From Octopus bimaculoides (Eukaryota): a DNA stretch of 64,000 nucleotides. Made by a program: the position numbers and the translations under genes. Location: the NCBI RefSeq assembly GCF_001194135.2, contig NC_068996.1, forward strand, positions 9,800,924-9,864,923, read 5' to 3'. The notes under the pieces were generated by a model. It was not told where the DNA came from. It did no database searches and saw nothing but the letters and a program-made list of their open reading frames with translations. This document shows positions 54,179-64,000 of the stretch, in pieces; position 1 is the first letter of the stretch; the number at the start of each line of letters is the position of its first letter.

Positions 54179-54821
54179 TTTGCAAGAGACACCAGCTGAT
54201 CTCTGAACAAACTGTCCACATACAAAAAAAAAAAAAACCTAAGCACTAGGAACTGTTCATTTAGTTCCTTATCGACTCTAGTTCCTTAAGTAGGATCAGT
54301 AAAAACAACTAGGAATAGCGTGCGTAGTTTCACACTCGTATAATTCTACTAAGTTTTACCCCGATTTTTATATGAATTTTTTCTTATTATACATGAGTAA
54401 ATATGATAGACATATCAGTTTACATATTAGATCAAATCCTATTTTTATCAGCTCTGAACAAGATGAAAGATCGATAATGCCTTCATTCTTTCAAAATCAA
54501 TCAAATAACTACTAATCATTATTCCTTAGCGCTAGGTCAAACCTGACCGAGCAGATATATAACAGGCGTTCCAGCCATAACTAGTCCATTCCCCCCATCT
54601 CAGACACAGTATAATAAATAAAATGTTATCCAATGTGTCAATCTTTCCTTAAAAACTATACCCAATGGATATAGTTTGGGAGAAATCTGGTTGCTAATTG
54701 CAGCGGGCTAAAAGATAAACGCTGAGTGGAATCTCCCCTCAATTGAGGAATTTTCCTTATTTAAAGCTTTATTCTTACCATGATGACTTTTGTTAACATT
54801 TTGTCTATAGCTAATAACCTC

Positions 54822-55016
54822 AGTAAATTTTCAGATTAACACCCACAAAATTTTCACTAGGGTATTAGGGTTAGGGTTTTAGGGTTAGGGTTACGGTTAG
54901 TGTTAGGGACGGAATTCCCTAACCCTAACCCTAAACCCTATCCCTAAAACCCTAATCCTGACCTTAGCCCTAACACCCTAGTGAAAATTGTGCAGGTGTT
55001 AATCTGAAAATTTACC
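54822..55016. mobile_element. Merlin-like palindromic MITE with TTAGGG/CCCTAA arrays, copy 1
   Basis: ~45-bp TIRs (aGTAAATTTTCAGATTAACACC...); 8-bp TSD ataacctc/aaaacctc. Confidence 0.7.
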
Positions 55017-55616
55017 AAAACCTCTTCCTATTTTTGTAACCTAGTCATTGCGATGTCTTTATTTTTGTGTTAGGGCCCAAATGGCTAATAAAGAAATCAT
55101 TGTCAGACAAAATGCCTTGCAAATATTTTGTTATGGTCCTTTATGTTCTGAGTACAAATCTCACCGAGGTCGACTTTGCCTCTCATTTTCCCAGAATAAA
55201 GTACTGATATCGATATAGTTGAGTAATCCCTTCTCCCAAATATGTGGTCTTGTCCTAATCTTAGAAATCATCATCGTCATCAAGGTAGTATAATGCCGGT
55301 AGAAGAGCAGACAAAGTACCCTGTATTTTTTTTTTTTTCTTTGCATGGTTTAGTCACAAGAGGAAAGGCAGCATCTATGACTCCTCACATTTGTCAGGGT
55401 CTCCAGGATTGGTTGTGTGCATGGTGGGGAGGGGTAGTTTATTTTATTCTTTTTCTATTTTATTAATTTTTTTTTTTTTACAGAAACCCACATTTTCAGC
55501 TTTAGAGATTCCGATTCTGAAAAAAAAAATTGGCAAAAATCGCAATTTCAAAATTTCACAGTATTCCTCATTTTACTGTGGGAAATTTCTCTGAAAGAAA
55601 TCTTTGCAGAAAGGTC

Positions 55617-55779
55617 GGTAATTTTTCAGATTAACACCCGCACAATTACCTAACCCTAAAACCGTAACACTAACCCTAACCCTAAACCCTAATCCTAACT
55701 CTAAAACCGTAACCCTAACCCTAACCCTAACCCTAACACCTTAGTGAAAATCGTGCGAGTGATAATCTGAAAAATTACC
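55617..55779. mobile_element. Merlin-like MITE, copy 2 (CCCTAA half only)
   Basis: GGTAA...TTACC termini; 8-bp TSD gaaaggtc/gaaaggtg. Confidence 0.7.
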
Positions 55780-56108
55780 GAAAGGTGAGTAGATTGATTA
55801 CATATTTCTTTCACTATTTTATCGCAGTTTTTTTCGCCCAACAAATTCTTGTGAGAGTTGGCTGTTCTTTCTAGCATGTGTATAGCCTGCTTGACGGCCG
55901 GAGGCTTGAGAGGGGAAGGTTTGGGGTAATTTTTTAAATTTTTTTTTTTTGAAAAATTAAAATATTACAAATAATTTATTTTCAGAATCATAATCTCTGT
56001 ATTTTTTCTACGTATTTCGCCAAAAAAAAATTCTGAAAAAAGTGAAAAATGAAGAAATGGGGGTGGGGGATAGAAATTTTGAAATTGCAATTCTTGCCAA
56101 TTTCTTTT

Positions 56109-56342
56109 GGTAATTTTTCTGATTAACACCTGCACGATCTTCACTAGGGTATTACGGTTATGGTTTTAGGGTCAGAGTTAGGGTTTTAGGGTTAAGATTA
56201 AGGTTAGTGGTTAGGGTTAGAGTTACGGTTAGGGACGGAATTCCCTAACCCAAACCCTAAAACTCTAACCGTAACCCTAACCTTAAACCCTCACCCTAAA
56301 ACCCTAGTGAAGATCGTGCGGGTGTTAATCTGAAAAATTACC
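56109..56342. mobile_element. Merlin-like palindromic MITE, copy 3
   Basis: GGTAA...TTACC termini; TSD tttctttt/tttttttt; centre AGGGACGGAATTCCCT shared with copy 1. Confidence 0.7.
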
Positions 56343-57438
56343 TTTTTTTTTTCAGAATCGGAATTTCCATAGCCAAAAACGTGGATTTCCGTAAAAAAAA
56401 AATTATTAAGGGTGGGAGGGGTTCGGTTACGTCTCTACCATGTGCGCCGCAGAATAGCAAAACTGATCGAGTGTTGAAGAAAAAGCTTAACAGTGTTTTA
56501 GCTGACCATTCCTCGTTTCTGGAATCGAATCCCAGTAGAGTTGACTTCATCACCCATTCCTCGGGTGGGTGGGAAAGGTCGATCAAATAAATACCAGTCA
56601 TGTGTAGAGGATGCAACTACAATTATCCAGCCCACATCACTTGCATTGAACCAATAAAATAAACTGATATACTCTATCGATAAATATGATGATGAAACGT
56701 GTCCAGTATACGTAGATCTAGGCGTGGTTGCTGAATTGCATACCTTAAAATAATGCGCATCATTTGGGAAGTTTAGTCTCAAACTGCACATTAGCACTTG
56801 ACAATTTCCAAGGTGTCGCTGGGATGTTCAGGTGAGTCGATCATTTCATTCTCTAAATCTCTATCTAACCCGGCATGAGTGCCTTTAGCAGTTCCATTAT
56901 ATTGCAAGAATTCTAGCCAGGTTTTCCAACTGAGAAAAACTTCCCCTACTTGTCACCAGACACAAATACCCTGAAAAGTGTTAAAGGCACTGATCTTTCT
57001 TCTGTAGCTAAAATAACACATACTTTCATACATGTATACATAATTATTTATATAGGAGCTGAAATTAGAGTCAGCTGTTTGACAATTCCAATCTCAGCTG
57101 ACAGAACACATTTCAGGGAGATTCTAAAAATAATACGCATAAATGAAAACAATCAAGGCAGAAGAAAAAGAAACATGTTAAGTTAGTTGATAACATTAGC
57201 TACCTAACAGGATTCTTATGACTAGTGTAAAGAATGATAATTATTTTTAAGTTTAGGAAACGAAATCAATTTATAAGACAAGATTCTAAATTCGTCTGCT
57301 GAACGCAGAAGCATAACTTTCACACGCTTTCTTGCTTATATCTTTTTAAAAAATGTTTTTGTTACCAAAAGATGCTTTCACATTTCGAACACAGTTTTCG
57401 TTTCCATCGAAATAAGCTGTTATAATTGTTATATTTAC

Positions 57439-57492
57439 CTGAAGGGCCTGATATACAGGATTAATGTCCAACTCGTCAACGTCAGCTGCCAT
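57439..57492 (-). CDS. VPS9-domain protein (ANKRD27/VARP N-terminal-like), exon 1: MAADVDELDINPVYQALQ
   Basis: caagATGGCAGC start context; 54 nt; donor CAG|gtaaat; resembles the ANKRD27 N-terminus (MALYDEDLLKNPFYLALQ, from memory). Confidence 0.85.
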
Positions 57493-58720
57493 CTTGATAG
57501 CAACATAGAAATACTCGGCAGTGAATATTTCTAAAAAAAAAAAAAAATTTTTTTCATAATTGAAAAATGTATTGTTTAAATCAGTTTTTCGATTTAGTAT
57601 AATTTTATTTCATTTTTTTTAAATTTTCAAATCTGAAAAATGATATTTTTAATAACAAGCCGTCAAACAATTTATTTTAATACTTTTGTGATTTTATTTT
57701 TCTGATATTACTGTTTACACTGTTGATCATTTATAATAATAAAAAATGAAAAAAAAGACGCATACAATTAACATCAAATTTCATAAAATTAAATTTCCTA
57801 AATAAAAATTGATTGTAATTTTTGCAGATTAAACATTTGCTTCTTGCATTATTACCGGCATCATACTAATAACAGTAAATATTTACTGCATTGAATGTAA
57901 GGAGAAGCAGGTCTTGCTTCAGTGAAGTTACACTAGAATAACAATCATCATCATCATCATCATCATCGTTGTCATAAGCAAAAGAAGAGAACTAAGAGGA
58001 AAGTTATTTATTAATTATTTTTTTTTACAGAAGCTTAATTGTTCTCCAATTTCTAAATCATATTTTTAGACAATGTAAACGTAATAATAAGATAAATATT
58101 AGTATTTTAAATTAAAAACTATCTAAATGCTAATACAGTTGTAAACTAAGATAGCGATCTTACTGGTTAGAGAGTAGTAATTTGCGGAAGTAATAAATAA
58201 ATAAATAAATAAATAAATAAAATGATCATTAGGATCATAAATTAGGGTATATTTTTGTGATGTATCATAAAAGATTTTAAAGTATATTTTAGGGATCTTC
58301 ATTTAAAAATTAAATTATATTCAAAATCAAAGCAAGACAAACGGTATTATAAATAGCCAAGTATAACTAATTGCTTCCGTTTATGATTGTGGCGTTCTTA
58401 AGTTGTATGTTTCTTTCATTAAAACCAATTGTTTTATAATTAAAATCATAAAAGTTAAAATACATCACATATAGTTATAAATTGAGTTTAATATAAATAT
58501 AAATATATATATATATAAAATAAAAGTTTATTGGAAAATGTTAACACTTGTTTAAGAGTTCAGAATTGTTTAATTAACATTATAGTTTCGCTTTTAAAGT
58601 AAATTACAAATTCATTCTATTCTTATATTCTTGATATTTTTAAAAAGATAAAAAAAAAATTCAGTAAGTTACTAAAAAGCTTCTAGGTTCGAGACTATTT
58701 TTGTGCAAAACATGGCGGTT
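57485..58720. promoter_or_regulatory. divergent (bidirectional) promoter region between the VPS9 gene and Bre1
   Basis: head-to-head gene starts; YY1-like motifs CAAGATGGCAGC (-, 57496-57485) and AACATGGCGG (+, 58709-58718). Confidence 0.5.
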
Positions 58721-58733
58721 TATATGCATTGAG
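58680..58733 (+). other. Bre1: probable non-coding first exon of Bre1 with short uORF (MAVYMH*, 58712-58732)
   Basis: AAAACATGGCGG motif followed by GAG|gttggt donor-like site; 5' start is approximate; link to the 63671 acceptor is inferred. Confidence 0.45.
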
Positions 58734-59964
58734 GTTGGTAATATTTATAATGTTTCACAAACTTGTTTGTATTGATTGTATTTCTCATTTGATTTTCCTT
58801 TAAAAGTTCCCTCCCTCCCACTATATGTACATTATTACTCTCTCTCAGTGACAAAACTTCATTAATGATTGCCATGATAAAATATGATACGTTTGATTCC
58901 CATCTATCATCCGATTGCTCCGCGGTCGCAACTGCAACGATTATAGATTGCCATGTGATAAATTAACGATGCATGTATGTATATGTTTCTGTGTAGATTT
59001 TAATATGCGTATATTTGTGTTTATAATGTTGTACACATATTTACACACACATATATATATATATATAGTATTATATACATTGATCTTGTAACTTAGATCG
59101 GCCGGTAAACAATGGTATGTGTCAATCTGCAAGTTAGTTTTGCTACAAGATCTATGTATGTTGATTATATATATATAATGTGTATTTATATATATGTATA
59201 TACATAAATAAAACGTAACTACATACATAAATATAAGGTATGTGCGATACGATCGAACAAATGTTTTTATACCTAACTGCATAATTCGTGATATATATAT
59301 ATGTATGTATGTTTAAACGGTTTTATTTGTCAATTTATCTCTAACCATTTAGAGCTATTATAATACAAACTTTCTTTTTTGTCAGTATACAGTTTAAGAT
59401 CCGATCACGAAAGCAAAGAAGAAGAAAAAGAAACAGCCTACTAGATGTAAAAAAAAATGTGTAGAGAACGAATATGAAATCAAAATTTTTTTCATGAAAG
59501 TAAAAATTAGGATTATTATTTTATTACATAAATATTCCAAGTTGTTTCCTTACTACACACACACACAATGTGTTTATGATTATCACAAAGCAAAGCTATC
59601 AGATTAATCCCCAGGTCAAGCATGATCGAGTTGACCTGTCTATAGTCAAAAGCGTTCCACTTGTGATCGCATCCGTACTTTTGTTTCAAAGCACAGTGTA
59701 CTCCTTATTGCTTAGCCTCGGATCAGTCTTGCTCGAGTAGATTTATGGTGAAAGACGTTTCAGACGTGATCATGATCATCCCATTGTTTTTGCATATCTC
59801 GGATTATTTTATTCTCTCTACCCTTCGTACCCTCCACCCCGTTCAGCTCATATTATTTTGAATACAAGCCTTATGATTAAATACAATGGCACAGCACACA
59901 ATACTATGAATTGCCAATAACAATTTGTGTGTTAGCGTGTGTGTAGACAGATAGATAGATAGAT

Positions 59965-60375
59965 AGGTGGCTGTGTGGTTAAAACCTTGCTTCCCAACCA
60001 CATGATCCCAGGTTCAGTGCTACTGCGTGTCACCTTGGCCAAGTGTCTTTTACTATGGCCTTTGTAAGTGGATTTGGTAGACGGAAACTGAAAGGAGTCT
60101 GTCATATATATATAATATAATTAATATATATATATATACCTGTGTGTGTGTGCGTGCGCGCGCACGTCTTTTTTTCTGTGTTTGTCCCCCAACACTGCTT
60201 GGAAACTGGTGTTGGTGTTTTACGTTCTTGTAACTTAGCTGTTCGGCAAACGGGACGGATAGAGAAAGTACTAGGCTTAACGAAAAAATAAGTCTTGTGG
60301 TCGATTTGTTCGACTAAAACCCTTCAAGGTGGTCCTTCAGCATGGCCATAGTCAAATGATTGAAACAAGTTAAAG
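59965..60375 (+). mobile_element. tRNA-derived SINE family A, full length
   Basis: same head and body as 8232. Confidence 0.75.
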
Positions 60376-60428
<53 letters not shown>

Positions 60429-62463
60429 GTGTTTATATGTGAAAATAAATAAACTCATATGAATGTGTGTGGTTATATATATATGTCTGTGTATGTGAGT
60501 GCATAAGCACCATTAACCTGAATTGGAAAATTTAATGATGTCAGTGACATTACGTATGCGATCAAAGGTAAATAGACCTTTTTAGATTCTGAGATCATGA
60601 GTTCATGTTAGGTTATATAACTTTATTGGCATCCTGTATGACAGATTCTGTTATTTTCCTTTATCTGAATCAACTATTGTTCATTATCTTGATTCACAAA
60701 TCTGTACTTAGAAAATACCTCTTTGCTTTTCATTCAAAGTATGTAAAAAGTGAACTTATCTCCAATAAAAGTGAGCCTCCATTATGTTTTTTTCTTATTT
60801 TATTTTTCCAGTGTGCCTCGATCTGCTAGAAACAGTAGCCATTCTGTTTTAACAAAAGAGGAATACATCATATCTGACATAAAAAGACCAGATGATCACA
60901 ACTGTTGAATGCCTTTCATCAGAGGTCTGCTTGTTCAAGGTTGACCTGGGATTAAACACCAAGAGATCCTCTATAGCAGTCATTGGCAGCTTGCAGCCTA
61001 CACAACTTTCTGATTGTCCTGCCTAGCTAAAAAATTACCTTGGATTTTTTAGTAGTGCAGCCCACCTGATGATGAGCTGTGCCCCATGCGGCTCACTTCT
61101 CATAATAGGTTGCCTTTACCTGCTCTATGCAGTCACTCAAGTAGAAATAGCAGTCAAATCTCTTTGAAATCTCATCATACTGTCTTAAATAAACAAGTAT
61201 ACCTTGTATTCCCTAAAACGACAGGATTCTTATGCTTTCATTATTAATCTGCTTAGTAAGGACTGACTTTTAAGCAAAGCAAAACTGAAACCAGTGGAAG
61301 AGTATCTGTGTATGCCATCACTTGATCTGCTAGAAATAGCAGCCACATGTCTGCACCATATTCTTTTTGGTTGTTTGCTAAGAATTGGAAACATCAGTAG
61401 AGCATTGGAGAGAATGCCATGCAGTATTTGTTCCAATACCTTGTGTTGTGAGATCAAATCCCATTGAAGTCAACTTTGTCATTGATCTTTTCAAGGTCAA
61501 TAAAAGAATTCCAATCCAAGGCAGTGGATTAGCAAAACTAATGCAAGGTACACTTGTATGCTTCAGTAATTGCTAATCTTAGCAAAAAAAAAAAAAAAAA
61601 AAAAAAAAAATCAAGCTGAGGTTTGTGCATATGTGTTGATGCATGGTCAAGTTTAACTCACGATAACCTCTATATAGAAAAAGAATACCTTGATCATAGG
61701 TCTTCTGGACTAGCACTAATCTGGAGCTAATATTGAATCACTTTTTATCTGTCATTTTATTCTGTGGTTAAGCATATTTTATTATTTGTTTGCCTTTTTT
61801 TTTTTAATATTGAATTAAGCTACTATCATTATATGGTAAACTTTAACCCTTTAGCATTTAAACCAGCCATATCTCACTGAATATTCTGCCTGTTTTATGT
61901 TCAAACTGACCATATCTGACCTCTCACACCTACCCTACAATGTCATTCTAAAGATAAACTATCATGTCATTGAAATCTCCAATCTATAAGATAATGTATG
62001 ATTAATTCAAAACAATGTGAATAAATAAGGATTAGATTTGACAGAGTAATCTCAATGTTAAAGAGTTAATCTTGCTCCTAAAGTACATAAAGGTCCTCAT
62101 TTTAAATTAAACCACATCTCGTAATTTTGTCCCATTCTTTGCTTTCCACCCATCCTTTAATTTCTTTCCTGTTGTCTTTTCATAATCATTTCTACAACCT
62201 ACACAGAGATTTTACTTCCATTAAATTCTCAAGTGACCAGAATAATCAAAGCAGATTTATAGGCTTGTTAACTTATGAAGTAGTTGTATGCTGTCAACTT
62301 AATGTGACAGTCCCCTGAAGGGAATAATACTGCTGTTGGTTAGACCTAGGAAGCTGCACCACTTCCTGTTGGCCTTGACAAATTTCCTGTGTCCTTATGT
62401 TTACAAGGGGGAGACAAGCACCTCCATCCAGCCAAACCTGCATCCAGGGACATGTTTCTGAGA

Positions 62464-62499
62464 CTGATGATGAGCAAAGACTCAGAAACATGTCCCTGG
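62464..62499 (+). ncRNA. hammerhead-like core at the axis of a 394-bp palindrome (helix I disrupted)
   Basis: CUGAUGA-UGAG caaaga CUCA-GAAAC-AU-GUC. Confidence 0.5.
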
Positions 62500-63717
62500 A
62501 TGCAGGCATGGCTGGGTGGAGGTGCTTGTCTCCCCCTCGTAAACATAAGGAGACAGGAAATGTGTCAAGGCCGACAGGAAGCGGTGCAGCTTCCTAGGTC
62601 TAACCAACAGCAGTATTATTCCCTTCAGGGGACCGTCACATTAAGTTGACAGCATACAACTACTTCATCGTATCACTACTGCATAAATCTCTCTGAGAGA
62701 TTTAGAAATGTATTATTTCTAAAAATGTTAACTTGTCTTAATAAATTGACATATATTGTCCTGTATGTGTTGTGTCTGCAAAAGTCGATGCTGGAATAAC
62801 TCCAAACATATGTCTACTTGAGCAGGACTGATCTAGGTTAAATAACAAAAATGGATACATTGGATAATGTAGTTCTAGATAGATTGTCTACAATAAGATG
62901 TTTGGTCTCAGCTGGAACACCTTTAATTACAAATTTGCTTGATCAAGGCTGACCCAACTTAAATCACCGTCAAGGATGAACTTGATTCCATTTTGAGTAC
63001 TAGATGCACTCTGTGTCAGTAATTGACAAGATAAAATAGATAGTGACTGGAGCATTATTGATAACAGGTCTTCTAGTTCAGCACTGTTGACTTATTACCG
63101 AAAGAAACAGTATCACCAAGAAAGATCAGATTGCATAATGTAGTCTTAGATACACTGAACAAAATACAGGATGGTCAAGGCTGAGTAGTATTGACTGTAG
63201 CCCTTTGGTATCAGAGCTTCCTGAGACTTAACAACATCAAAGAAAGATATGTGACATTAAGTATTCCTAGATACACTAAATCTAAAATACAGGATGGTCA
63301 CAGCAGAAACACTTTTGAGCATGGATCTTCTGGAATAAGGCTGATCTTGGGATAAAACAACACTGAGAAAAGATACATTAGCTAACCCTAGATAGACCAT
63401 ATTTGAATTAAGACAGAATGGCCACAGGAGAAACACTTTTGCTCACACATCTGGCTCAGAGCTAAACAACAGCAACTAATATATAAAATTCATAGAAGAA
63501 AATATTTTAATCTTGTGTTTTATTTTCTTATTCTTTTGCATTATTGAATCTGTATATATAATTGTTTTGTTTTCATTTTGAAATTATTTGAAAGATGCCA
63601 CATAAGAAAAAACAAAACATGCATTTTCATCATTTTATACATTCCGCTTATCTCCTAATTTGTTTTCCAGGGTGTCAATGAAGTTAAGGTGTCTCCAAAA
63701 CTGACAATCCTAACAGC

Positions 63718-63822
63718 ATGGCAACAAAACGGCCGGCAGTTGATGATCCAGGGGCCGCCGGCCCGCCAGACAAAAAGCTGACTCGTTTTGACCCTGCCCA
63801 ACTGGGTAACATATCATCCCTT
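63718..63822 (+). CDS. Bre1: E3 ubiquitin ligase Bre1 (RNF20/RNF40) first coding exon: MATKRPAVDDPGAAGPPDKKLTRFDPAQLGNISSL; gene continues beyond the window
   Basis: exon 63671-63822 (ttttccag acceptor, gtgagt donor); KR....PP.KK..F.P..LG.(I/V)SS motif typical of Bre1/RNF20/40 N-termini. Confidence 0.8.
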
Positions 63823-63857
63823 GTGAGTATGACATTTTTTTTCTACTGTCATCGTAT

Positions 63858-64000
63858 ATATGGAGTCTGATCAAAAAGTATTGGGACTGGTGCTATAAAA
63901 AGAAAATTTATGACACATATCAATTCAACATTTAATCCCCTTCAAAGTAGTCCACATTCTGAAGTCACACACTTTATCCAGTGTCATTTCTGTTGATGGA
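63858..64000 (+). mobile_element. mariner-like element left end (runs off the window)
   Basis: TATGGAGTCTGATCAAAAAGTATTGGGACT resembles mariner TIRs. Confidence 0.5.

Noticed and set aside
54822-56342. True telomere or ancient chromosome-fusion site
   Set aside because: The arrays are short, degenerate, bounded by TIRs and TSDs and present three times, so a transposon origin explains them better.
61057-61113. CUGAUGA followed by a 7-bp UGAGCUG/CGGCUCA helix and partial helix-I complementarity
   Set aside because: The required GAAA is absent (CTTCTC instead); too decayed to call.

Overview
AT-rich, repeat-dense eukaryotic DNA with many N gaps and microsatellites. The SINE/LINE content looks like an octopus (cephalopod) genome; this is inferred from repeat style, not verified. 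I reconstructed by hand a complete 19-exon minus-strand gene (ATG 57492 to TGA 1475; 1575 nt, 524 aa; all introns GT-AG and in phase). It encodes a VPS9-domain Rab5/Rab21-family GEF resembling the N-terminal half of ANKRD27/VARP, but it stops with no ankyrin repeats. Head-to-head with it (~1.2 kb away) begins a plus-strand Bre1 (RNF20/RNF40) gene, with a probable 5' UTR exon near 58.7 kb and the first coding exon at 63718-63822. The introns hold tRNA-derived SINEs, RTE, CR1-like, R4/Dong-like and Penelope fragments, Tc1/maT/mariner/pogo remnants and MITEs. The most unusual signals are: (1) several Penelope-type minimal hammerhead-ribozyme-like motifs with palindromic helix-III loops, two at the axis of long near-perfect palindromes (53105-53296 and 62275-62668); (2) three Merlin-like MITEs (GGTAA termini, 8-bp TSDs) filled with telomere-like TTAGGG/CCCTAA arrays; (3) the ankyrin-less VARP-like gene itself. 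Repeat boundaries are approximate; exon boundaries were counted base by base.
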